DNA from: Balanoglossus misakiensis
Taxonomy: Eukaryota > Animalia > Hemichordata
Length of the DNA: 64,000 nucleotides
Assembly: GCA_040954595.2 (NCBI GenBank)
Contig: CM082596.2
Span: 6,522,791-6,586,790 of the forward strand
Direction of reading: 5' to 3'
A program made the position numbers and the translations under genes. Position 1 is the stretch's first letter. Each line of letters begins with the position of its first letter. The notes beneath the pieces were generated by a model. That model was not told the origin of the DNA and searched no databases. It was given only the letters and a program-made list of their open reading frames with translations. Positions 24,201 to 35,812 of this stretch are shown piece after piece.

Positions 24201-27200
24201 TGCCCTACCTCCACAGACTGCACAAAGTCCCCGCACACACGCAATGCTTTGACATTGGCACGGATGGATTCAAACTCTGACAAGGCAATGACAACAGATA
24301 CATGTAGAACTTGTTCAACTTTAACAAGTTCGATCTTTAAATTTTAAAAGGGAAATTAATTCAAACCAAGCCTTCAAGTATAAACAGCAAATCTGGCTGT
24401 ACAATGTGTGTTCTTTATAAATAAGGAATTTCTACATGTAAAAGCATACATTGTAAAAACACGAGTGTGGTACTTTGTTTTATAACCACTGATATTAATG
24501 CACTCTGCTGTTTAATCCGGAAATATCATTCACACAGTAACTGGCATTAGCAGTGTGTTTGCCACACTAGCGCCACCTGTGGGTGTTATTTTGATTGATC
24601 AAACCTGTTTTTCCTCAGGCAAAGAATATTGCATTATACAGCGGTAGTCATTGGGTTTAACACTGTGTGTGAGTTTTGTCATACCATAATTTCCATCTTC
24701 ATCGTGATGATAGCTGTACTTGTAGCTGTCGTCACTCAGTGGTACTTTCATGTCCTTTAAATGGCCGATAGCGCTGGCATCCAGGCGGTCCGTGGTTTGG
24801 TTTTTCAGACCACCCAGCGACGTGACCTGCAGAACAGAAGGAGGGAATTTTAATTCATGTGTTACTTTTCCTGGTGATATGGGACGGTTCACAGTGATGT
24901 AGTGTAAATGTTTTGTAATAGGCAGGCCAGAGGAACCAACACTCAGTCAAGGCACATACAATGTGCTCAGAAATATGTGTGTTTCTATGGGTTATAGAAA
25001 CAGTATAGCCAGTCATATGTTGAGCTCAGATGGGCATTTAACCAGTAACCTGCTATTATCTTCATCACTGGGTTCACTTCTCCCACTTTCTGAACTTGGT
25101 AGCCACCATGACAACACTGCTCTCATGTGTAAGACAATGTAAAGGCCATTGTTCTTAGCAAACATGTTTCTGTGACATGCTGTGGTGTCAAAATTCCTGA
25201 AATTGTTTCAAGTAACAAAGTTGTACGAAACGTGCACAGCTGAGTTAATTTTCACCTGGTGTGTTCGCTGCTTGGCAGCTTCGTATCCTTCCACATCCAC
25301 GACTATGCCTTTCTCCTCGGCCATCAACACTGTCAGATCGATTGGAAATCCAAAACCATCGTACATCTTCCAAGCCACATCACCTATCAAAAGTCAAGAC
25401 ATTAGGTGAAACCAAAAATTCCAATAAATTGCAATATGCTACAGTTCACACAAAAACATGAGTATGATGACCATAGAAATATGCTTGTTCTAATAATTAT
25501 ATAATTATTCACATCTCTGGCTGACCAGCTTGTTATAAAACTTTGCACACTTATTGACATCTACCTGGTAGCACCGGTTCTTTCAGCTTCGTGATTTTCT
25601 TATCCAGAAATTTCCTCCCCTCCCTCAACATCTTGAGAAACTGTTGCTCCTCTTTGTTGATTATATCCATAACTTCCTGGGGGTTAGTCGTCAATTCTGG
25701 ATATGCCTCACCCTATGATAAAAAAAAAGACGCGGAATTAGTGAACCAACACCAGTAGATTTTAATCACTTGCTACAGTGAGCCCAGCTACTGTTGTGCC
25801 GAATGATTTGAGGGGCCTGTTTCATGTCAGTGAGAGAATTATCAGTTTCTGATATTCAGTCAGGATAAGAAATATTATCTGTACATCAAATGCAGCCAAT
25901 GGTAGTCAAAATTAAATTACCAGAGTTTCCACAACAACTGGAACAAGTGTTGAAACGAAGCCAGGGGATGCCTGCAAGTTCTCTGTAGCATATCTGACAG
26001 CTCTCCTTATCAAGCGTTTGATGACGTACCTGGAACAGAGCAAGCAAAGGCGAACTCAGTCACTGAAAAGTCCAAAACTGATTGGGATGACTACTGGTTG
26101 TTTTAAAAGTCAATGAATGGAAGTAATTTAGAAAAACAGAATGTCTATCTTCAACAGCGCCTGCAATGACCTGTGCACAGGAATTAAACTGAACTTCAAG
26201 TATCTATTAAATTTTGGTACACACGAAGATTTTTGACCTTTGCAATTCTACATTACATCTACAAACAGGAGCCCTGATGATTTAGCTTCAGTCAGCAGAC
26301 CACCACTAACTAAATCATCATATAAAATAACAGTGGCTTTAGCATATCAAGTCAATCCTACACACCCTTGTTTATAAAATCCCGGTCTTCCACCATCACT
26401 CATAGTTGCTGTCAATGTTCTGATATGATCAGCTATCACCCTGTACGCCATATCAATGTTATCTCTGTCTTCCTGTCCTACAAGACCTCTGTATGCTGGA
26501 GCACCGGTACCCTGATAAAAAAAATCGGCCAATTCATAAATCAGGTGCTTTTCTTTTTACAATTGATGCCAAAATAAATTTCTGAAGTGTCCACTGATGA
26601 TCTCTTGTGCTCACATGCCATCTGTAACCAACTAAGGTATGGTTTCATTGTTGCCATCTGTGAGAAAGACTTTGTGAAAATCAGGTTTAGACACCACATG
26701 TGTGATAGTACAACTGCAGGAGAAATCGTGTATACCTCATGTATTGCCTGTAGTAGCGGTTGAAACAAATCTGTATCATAATTGGACTTGACTCCCTGTA
26801 CGACCGACACAAGTCTTTCCAACCCCATGCCAGTGTCTACATTGTGGCGAGGCAGGGATTGTAGCCTGCCATTTTCTTCTCTGAAAAAACAAACAAAAAA
26901 CAGACAAGATATTTTTAAATTGCATTAGCCAAAAACCAAGGAAGCCCTGGCCTAAATTGACATACTCCTGCACTAACTTGATGGTCAAAATTAATGTACT
27001 CTTGTTATCTTGGCATTCAAGAAAAATAAATGTACATGTTATGATGTATCTTACCTGTTGAATTGTATGAAGACTAAATTCCACAATTCCAACACATCAG
27101 GATCATCTGCGTTTACCAGTGACGATGCATCCCTGTTGCCAACTCTGTCATAATGGATCTCACTGCACATTCCGCATGGTCCCGTCTGTCCCATCTCCCA

Positions 27201-28494
27201 GAAATTGTCACTCATTCCGTATGGGATTATTCTATCCTCCGGAAGTCTGGAAGGTGGATAATATAACTAGTGATGCTTTAACTGGAGGTGTGTCATTTGT
27301 CTATGCATTGTCACTATTATTCATCACATTACATCACACTACATGATGAGATAATGTTCCTCTGTAAAATTATATGAAACCAAAGCAACAAAATTGTCTA
27401 ACTACATGTAGAAGATCAAATGCTAGATTTACCTGTTCAGGTATTAAAAGGAGAAATGTCAATTTTTTTTAAAGTACTGTTACTTAGAACTACTAGCCCT
27501 CATAAAAATCTAGGAACTCTCACCCAATGTTCTTCCAGATGCGTCTGCAATCATCATCAGCAGGCAAACCAGCCTCTTCATCCCCTCCGAAGTACGTCAC
27601 ATAAAATCGATCACTCGGCAGATTGTAGACATCTGTCAACAACTCCCATGCCATTTGACAGGTATCTTCCTGCAAGAAATGCACACTACCTGTTTTTTAT
27701 GGCTTTCGTGATCTGTTGGTTCATTTATGAATTGTGGTCGAGCCATCATATGAGATGGTGTGGTCAAAAACAGGGTTATGATTTTTTGAGCAGGAAACAG
27801 ATGTCCACGGGTTTACAGATATCTTTTTAACAGGTGACTAAGTAACATATGAGCTATTACCTATCTAACACTGTATGGCTCTTACCTTGAAATAATCCCC
27901 AAAACTCCAATTTCCCAACATCTCAAAGAATGTATGATGATAGACATCTTTACCCACGTCATCAAGATCATTGTGTTTGCCCCCAGCTCTGACACATTTC
28001 TGACTGTTAGCAACTCGGCTGTACTTTGCCATCGGACTGTTTGGATGAACCGTGCCCTGGAATATATGTTTAAACTGAAAGTAGAAAAAAGAACCGATAC
28101 ATGAAGGGGAATTCCTCGGTTGACCTTTGACATATGACAGTGTACGTACCTTGGTTCCTCTTCCATTTTGGTTACTCGTGTTACTTACTTGATTCATGCC
28201 AGCATTTGTGAACAGCAGAGTTTTATCGTCCCTTGGAATCGTCGACGACGACGGAACAAACAAATGATCGTGTCCGGTGGTAAAATACTCGATGAACAGA
28301 CGTCGAACATCGATCGACGATGGTGTCCGGACCCTCCCCCTGGCATCCTCGTTGGTGAAATTCCGTTTGCTCGAATGAAACGTCCCCCTTTCCCGAAGTT
28401 TCAAGTCAGCAGGACCCGGACCGAGGCTTGATGGTGTGGCTAGGTAGCGCCAGTGGTTTCTGAAATGCACCGATTGCCTACCATAGCAAGCCAT
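21285..28494 (-). CDS. AARS2: Alanyl-tRNA synthetase, probably the mitochondrial enzyme (AARS2-like)
   Basis: 18 exons: 28494-28189, 28074-27886, 27669-27524, 27246-27055, 26880-26736, 26511-26366, 26029-25921, 25712-25565, 25383-25256, 24826-24685, 24276-24107, 23923-23804, 23629-23489, 23342-23089, 22601-22247, 22048-21962, 21793-21680, 21461-21285. Motifs: [49 protein letters not shown], editing site NHTATH and ELCGGT, C-Ala GKAGG. AlaRS identity is secure. The mitochondrial assignment rests on the Arg-rich N-terminal extension and is less certain. Confidence 0.92.
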
Positions 28495-28542
28495 TCTGAC
28501 CAGAGTTGTCTACAGCAGACGAAACGCACATGTGGTCGCCAT

Positions 28543-29100
28543 TTTGAGGGAATCCCTATGACGTCACATAGTGTGTACATTCTGACCCATTCTGACCCAA
28601 TATTCAAATTATATATTTTTAATGTTATTCCCTCAATTTTGGTAATTACACGCCCATAGGTGTTATAAGAGATAGGATAAGCATAAAAATAGAGAAAAAA
28701 AACATAAAAATTAATGTTTTGCAACACATTTTATTTAATTTCACGAACTTTTTACTTGATGTTGAGGGCGTCATTTGGGGTGACCATGGGACTATGGAAT
28801 ATGGTATGTTTGAGATGATGAAAAACAACGTATTTTCTGGTAATTTTTTGTTATTTTAGCACATATGTTATACGGAAATAGTTGTGGAGTGCCCTTTTAC
28901 ACATAATTTCTTGCTCGAATCGAATTTCAAACGAGTATATTCAGTATAATGCATCATCTATTACAGCTAACCTACACATGCGATGACGACCCTTCCGGGG
29001 AAGTGTCAGATTTTAACATGTCCCGTGCAGTGAAGTGTCGGAAAAAGGTGTCTTGCGGCGCCAGTGTTTACTAGAAGCATAATTTAATCGTGGGTAAGTG
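28543..29100. promoter_or_regulatory. Putative divergent promoter region between AlaRS and the membrane-anchored GLTP gene
   Basis: CRE palindrome TGACGTCA at ~28559, paired ETS-like CTTCC/GGAAG at ~28992, and a strong donor G|GTAAGT at ~29093 suggesting a non-coding first exon on +. Confidence 0.45.
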
Positions 29101-29322
29101 CAAGTTCCACTTTTATAATAACTTGTTATCTGGTTTGCGTCTATTTATAGATGCAATGGATTCTCGGGTCGAGAGGGCAGGCACTAGCTAGCTCATTTGC
29201 ATACAATCACTTCCCCAGAACCTTAACCCTGTATGTGAAACGAACATAGGGAACACAACTGAGATAATTCATAGGGAGAAAGTGACATCGACATGCAGGT
29301 TTTGAAAAGGATTTGGTACAAA

Positions 29323-32300
29323 ATGGACTTGAAGAGACGGCGGATGAAGAGGTACCTATATACTTTGTTTATCTTGTTCGGTACAGCTGCTTGCATATAC
29401 ATCGAGCCTTCGTACGTCATTCTGAAAGTACAAAAGATATGTCAACATAGGGTTATGCAATGACTGATGACGCTAAGGCGAGTAGAAATTACCTTCGAGA
29501 CTGTCTTAGTGACTGAGGACAAGCAGTGGAAACGTGTTCCATATCCCTGCCCTACAAAATGGAACTTGATTGGTTTCAACAAAGGTTTGTTGGGGCCTTG
29601 TAAACCCCTCATTGGTATAAACCACATAGTTCATATCTGAAATGTGCTGGTCTTTCGACGGGACCTGTTGACATGACATGACTGGTGAAATCGGTGCCAT
29701 TTATCCGTTGAACTTGAATGGCAGATTTAGTCTTTCCATGGGGGTCTTTCTAAGCCATGTCACGACCAATCAGTCAAGGTTTCAAATTTGGGTACATGTA
29801 TTGACTTCCAAGTTCCATACTTGTGTGCCTGTGCTCAATTCGATACCCCAGAGCCTGTGAGACCATGTTTAAAATGTACAATTACTTGGAAGTACATGTA
29901 CTGTGTTTCTCTTGTCTATTATTTGACTTGATAATTTCACAAAAGTGGACTTGGGGTCAGAGTTCAGTAAATTTGGCCCTTGGTCCACTTGAGAGCACAT
30001 TGGCCACATCAATGGGATTTCGTGTTTCAAGGCTCAATTACAATTATAAATCACCGCCTATAACACAAGTAAGTCATTGTATGCAAATAAGGCAAGAGCA
30101 TAAAACAAGTCCACAGCTGAACGTGGCACAAATAACTACAAGTTTAACACCACGTCCTCAGTTGTACTTTCTTGTCACAAGATTTGAGTTTCTGTCATTG
30201 TTGAGAGCCAACACACTTCAGTGGTGTGGCTCGGCTACAGTGTGTAATATTACTTGACCGGTAAAATCAGATTGCGGCCAGCAAGGAGTTCAATAAGTAA
30301 TAGCCAGCAGATAAGGGTCACCAGTGTTCTGTGGCTGCCAACACTTCACCGGTAATAATATCACTCAGAAGCTGTGCGCGGACTACACAGCACATGTTGC
30401 ATCATCCGTCCCAGTCAGTGATTCGACCGCTTGTTTTACACGCGTTTTCTTTCACACAATGTACAGATGGAAGGCCCTTGTCCTCACCTTTGGACTGACG
30501 GCATCCTGTATCTTTGTTCTTTGGGAAGCTACAAGTTTGAGGTCGCCACACGCACACAGCCATGGCATCAACACCCAGTTTGAAGCAAGGTAATTATCGA
30601 GTTCAATATATATAAAAGTTTTTGAAATTATAAAAAAATGTTTGAGTGCTATTTGGGGCTATTGTTAAAGCAGGCTCGATGAACAATCAGGAAAACTTTG
30701 CAATATGCTGTGCAAATCAGTGTTACCACCCCCTCTGTAAGAGTGACAGAATGCTGCAATCTGAGCAAGGGTAATGTGATAAGGACATTACCCTCAGGTG
30801 GAGTACGCTCTATATCAATGAAATCTTTTCTCGTCCAATAATCTGAAGTCAAACCCAGATAATGTTAGTTCACACTGACGTGTCATTCTTGAAACTTAAA
30901 AAAAACTTAACAAAAGTGTAAAACTGGCTTTTAAATTACCTGTTGACAGAATATCAATAATATGTTCATGTTGATTTTAATATTAAAGTATTTTTAAAAT
31001 AGACAATGATGGTCTAGCCAATGTAGAAAATATGTGAATCCTGTTTTGCAAAACTTTGATTGAAGCGTAAAAATCCGTATTGAGCGTGAAACAAAGGTGT
31101 TAATGTAATTCTCAATTCTATAAGAAATTCAGGGAAAGTTTTGAAGCGCTGCAGACACGAGAGCATGGTCTAAATTTTGTATGTGCATTCACATTTATTA
31201 AAGCCTGTCAAATACAGTCTGTGGCACTGCTTCAAACATAATTTTAAAACTAACATTGCATTGTGCAAACAATGGAAGTTCAATACTAGTATAGTGATCT
31301 CTATCGATTGACACTTACTAGTAGTACTAGTACTGGTCATCACTAGTCAAGAAGCTGCTGACAGATTGGCATCTGAAATAATTACTGCAGAATGCTGTTG
31401 TTCCAGGTGAAAGTCATGGAATTGATGCTATAAGGAATATTTTTTGTTGAGAGAGGGGGGTTAGAACAAAGGTAACATATATTTGTGGTCCGTCCGCACA
31501 GCCATATGAAGTGAACAAAACCTACTTCATACAAACATGTGGATTATAGTCACACGCAGGCTGGCTGACAGACCTTGGACATTGGCCCCAGGGTCCAGTG
31601 AAGACATGCCCCTACAAACAATGACATTTAATTATACAGGTTGCTTTAGTTGGAGTTTTGATCATATGTGAGGCAGGTTCATGAACTTTGGGCATACGAG
31701 TTTCCATAGCAATTTTCCAAAGTTATTGGGGGAGGGGGGGAGCAGATTTGCATGTGATGTCATGATGACTTTTCATAACAATGAACTGCCCATGTTCAAG
31801 GTTATACAGAGACTGTCAGTGAACTATATGGTACTGTAGCTACTGTCTACACCACACACATCTGTGCATTGTTAGAATATCGGTTTTTGTTCTTTAATGA
31901 GTTGGCGTTCTCTGTTTTTTTTTCAGTGTCATCCATGCGGGAAAATTTGATGACCCTGGCAAAATCATACATTCAGAAACTCACGAAGATGAGGAATTTG
32001 CCGATGTCAATTTTGAACACGGAAACCAAAACAAAGAGGTCAGAACTAACATAGGAAAAGTTGAAAAAATTATCCCAGAGACAAATTTCCAATCGGAACA
32101 AAATGCTGAGGATGTCAGGGAAAGGACAGGTGATGAGAATAGTGAGATCGAAAAAGTTGGAAATGTGGGCGAGGAGAAAGTGGACCTCGGTGATGAGGTC
32201 AAGGAAGAAGACGGGGAACAGCCGAGGAGGAAAGTGGCCTCCATCATGGAAAATATTAAGAAGTCCATTAATGGTAGGGAACCTCTGAAGTTGGGGGGAA

Positions 32301-35300
32301 ATGATCATACGAGCCGGTCTGAGCACGAAGAGGAGGAGGAGGGGCCTGAAGTGGATGAGAACAATAATGCGAAGCCGGAGGAGGAGGGGAATGCGGAGGA
32401 GGGGGACAACGCCAGAGAAGAGGATGTTGAGAGGTTGGACGAAGACGGGGGTGAGGACACAAATAATGCAAAGGAAAGCGATGAAAGAGGAGATGAAGCG
32501 GAAGACAGCAAGGAGAGAGCAGGCGATGGGGAGACGGACGGAGAGGAGAATAATAATGTGCGAGATGACGCAGAAGTGGAGAATGATCGCAAAGACGCCC
32601 CAAAAGATGGAGAGACGGACAGAGATGAAAAAGATGAAGATGATGAGATCGTGGCTAACATGAAAGGAATTGTTGCTGTTGATGAAAATGATAACATCCC
32701 AAATGATGAGTGGAAGCCCAAACAGAAGAGGGAGAGATTTGCCAATTTCTTTTCGGATCAACCAGTCAGGTTGGTAGTTTGAGCTTTTCTAGTTAGAGAT
32801 TGTGTGAAAATGATTACATCTGTCATACACTTGTTGAATTGGGATAGTGTAACATAAAAGATGACATTGCAGTAATTTTTGATAACACCACCTTTCGGCT
32901 ACTATTTCAATTCTCTTGTTTTGTGTATAGATTTGAATTTCTTGTTTGACCATTTTGAAAGTATTATGCAATGCCCAGCATTCAGTTTATCACACATTTA
33001 GATCTGTCTTCCCCACTATCTCCATTCTAAAGTTTTCATTTTGTTCATTGCTGGTTCAACGGGTTGCGTTGCAATCACATGCCTTTTCCAACACAAATAT
33101 GTTAGCTCATTGAAATTGACACTTTGTTTTCGTTGCAGCTTCAGTGACGTCACTCTTATCAAGGACGAAGAGCTGGGCATCGAAGACGGCATTCCTATAC
33201 AACCATTCATCACGGCGTGTTATGGATTCCTTCCCATGATTGGTGAGTTGGAATTTTAAAAATAAGATTTCTCGGTCCCACAGACAAAGTTGGGAGGAGG
33301 TATACCTATCTATTGGTTTGGTTCCATTCGTCCATCTTGATTAACTGTGACATGACTGAAATTCCAACCTGGCACTGTGACAGTGTTCCAGTACAAGGCG
33401 GCATACATGAATGCATGTCAGTTTGTCTCATGATCTAATCCAATATGATAAATGTTATGATGATGCATTCATGTATATAATAATTTTTTTGTCCTTTTTT
33501 ATTGCAGACTTTTTTGGAAGCACCTTCTCAAAAGCCAAGTCTGATTTGCAGAAAAATATTTTGGTATGTAGTTTTAGTCATCCAACAGCCATAGATTTGT
33601 GGTGTCACTGCACGTAATGATTTACTTGAAGTCAAACAATGATGGAGAATTATCAAGTGGCATTCCTCTGTTATGTTTTTGCATTGCTGTTGTGTGTCTC
33701 ATATTTTGTGTTTTTTTTCGTGTTGTCTTACAGAAAATTCAGACATGCTATGACAAAGATCACGAGAGTTTCTCAAATCTTCAAAGGATGCTTGCCGCGG
33801 AGTTTGAAGTGCGAGAGTCAGACCAAATAGCCACTAAAGGAGTCCGGTGGATAAAAAGGTAATTTTGACAATTGTAACATTTCGCTGGCGCTATTAACAG
33901 GACTGTAGTGAACACCTATAGCCTGGCCTATATTCGGGCCATAGCGGCCGTTTATTACACCCGAGGGGCTGTGAGTTACCAGATTCATATGCTATTTCCC
34001 GAGGCCGTAGGCCGAGGGAAATAGCATATGATTCTGGTAACTCACAGTCACGAGGGGGTAAAAACGGCTGCTATGGCCCGAATATAGGCCAGGCTATAGG
34101 TGTTTTATAATAAACCTCATGCTAACAGCTGGGAAAATCTTGCAATTTTCTCTTGAGGTTGGCAGACGACATCTTCAGCAGTGGCCATTGTGTCAGACGA
34201 CGCGACGCTGATTGATGTGACCCGAGTCTGTGACGTCACGTTGGTCACGTGACCGGTTTATATTTTTTCTGCTATTTCCGTAGCGGTTCATAGTCGATTC
34301 TATTTTCCTATCACGTGACGGATTCTGGCGAATCACGGCACAGTATTAGCATGAGGTATATTATAATTTCCCCTATTGACGATTGTTCTGTGCTGTATAT
34401 CAACTGTAGTTTCTTGTTTGCTCACAAAAGTTTTTCTCGTCTGCAGATCCATGGAATTCACAAAAGAACTGCTGAAGAATATCGAAGCAGGCATGGAAGT
34501 GTCACAAGCAGCAAGTAAGTAACTTGTTCTTTCTAGTCTCGGGTTTGTAGGGGAGAAACTCAAGGAAAGCAACTTCTGAATATATTTGATGAGAGATTGT
34601 TTCTACATTTGATCAAATGTACTCAAAGTTAGTAAATGACACAGAATTTTCATGTAGACCAAGTGTAAAATATTTACGTGTGGTCAGAGACACAATACAT
34701 TTCCTTGTGTATGTTTTGTTTTAGATGAAGCGTATGAAGTTACACTTATACACCATCACAACTGGATTATCCAGAAGATATTCAAGGTGAGAATCAGTTC
34801 ACTTATTTATGTGATCTTTCAGTTAGGTTGTCTTTGCCCAAAGCCACTCTTCTGTTTTTTCAGCTACCAAAGCTGTAAAACCTAAAATGGTCCCAAGTTT
34901 GAGCCCTGAATAATGTTGAGATAGTGGTTTTATCCTTAAACTCTAAACTGATGGTGAAGTGTATGTTTGAACATACTTGTAAGCATTTGTTAACAAGTTA
35001 ACCGATGGTAGGTTTTAGAGATGAGTAAGCGGGTCTGCACAATGTAGACACATATCACATGCGGTTTGCAATTTTTTTGTCTGCCAACTAGCCTTCAGGA
35101 CAGTTGAAGTTTGGCTGGGTGGGGATTAGGATAGATTCCATTCATTTATGTATAGATGCCACGCAAGGCCGTCTGTGATCGAATCGATTCAAGTTCACCA
35201 GTGCACTGTAAGCCTCAAGCATGCCCTCATTCACATGGTTGGAGTACGTCAACATACACAGACAAACAAACACAAACCCCTCCAAAAATATGTTTCAATT

Positions 35301-35812
35301 ACATGTACTCAACTGAGCTTCTAGTATTCAGTTCTGTCCACAAGCAATGCTATCAACTCAGGCAAACAGAAAGACCTTGTATTTAAAGTTCGCGTTTACG
35401 CTGTAAACCGCTATACTACCTCCGCAGGTACACAAGAGTACCTGCGCTCCGTGATATACAATGTAGCTGATGTATGGTCCTTTATATACATACCGCGAGA
35501 TTTCTGTCGCTGAATTTCAAAGGGAAGCACCTGGCGGTAATTATTTTATTTTACGTGGTGCACTGATGTTCCAGTGTCCACTGCAATGCACCAGATTTTA
35601 TTTTTTTATTTTACCGCTTATTTCAGGTGGGATTTGCGACACTGGGGAGCCGAAATGATCTTTTGCGACAAATGGCAAAGAACCCGGGCGATGTGGACAA
35701 TCCTGACTTTGAAAAAGTCCTCGCGGAGGACATGGATCAATATCTCGATGATTTGCAGAAAACTTTGGACATTATCAAGGGATTCTTTGACCGTCATAAC
35801 ATTGAAAATTAA
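29323..35812 (+). CDS. FAPP2-derived glycolipid-transfer (GLTP) domain protein with N-terminal basic tail, signal anchor and long acidic stalk, ~530 aa
   Basis: Exons 29323-29351 (MDLKRRRMKR; alternative starts at 29293 or 30459), 30467-30589 (WKALVLTFGLTASCIFVLWEA...), 31927-32769 (Asp/Glu-rich, ends NFFSDQPV), 33139-33242, 33508-33563 (KSDLQKNIL), 33734-33858 (ATKGVRWIKR), 34447-34514, 34725-34786 (AYEVTLIHHHNW), 35627-35812. The frame is open across all junctions. The GLTP part is well supported; the 5' exons less so. Confidence 0.82.
33911..34366. mobile_element. Non-autonomous foldback element: ~194-bp hairpin plus a segment bounded by a second inverted repeat
   Basis: AACACCTATAGCCTGGCCTATATTCGGGCCATAGC (33911) pairs with GCTATGGCCCGAATATAGGCCAGGCTATAGGTGTT (ends 34104) around CGAGGCCGTAGGCCGAG. 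TTATAATAAACCTCATGCTAA (34105) pairs with TTAGCATGAGGTATATTATAA (ends 34366). Confidence 0.75.

Noticed and set aside
29640-31830. Degraded repeat fragments (GGTCA-rich, AAATTTGG motifs) in introns of the GLTP-domain gene
   Set aside because: Probably old element remnants, but boundaries and family cannot be supported by eye.
31973-32761. 262-aa hydrophobic minus-strand ORF and other overlapping frames
   Set aside because: Antisense shadow of the GA-rich acidic exon; no motifs or splice support.
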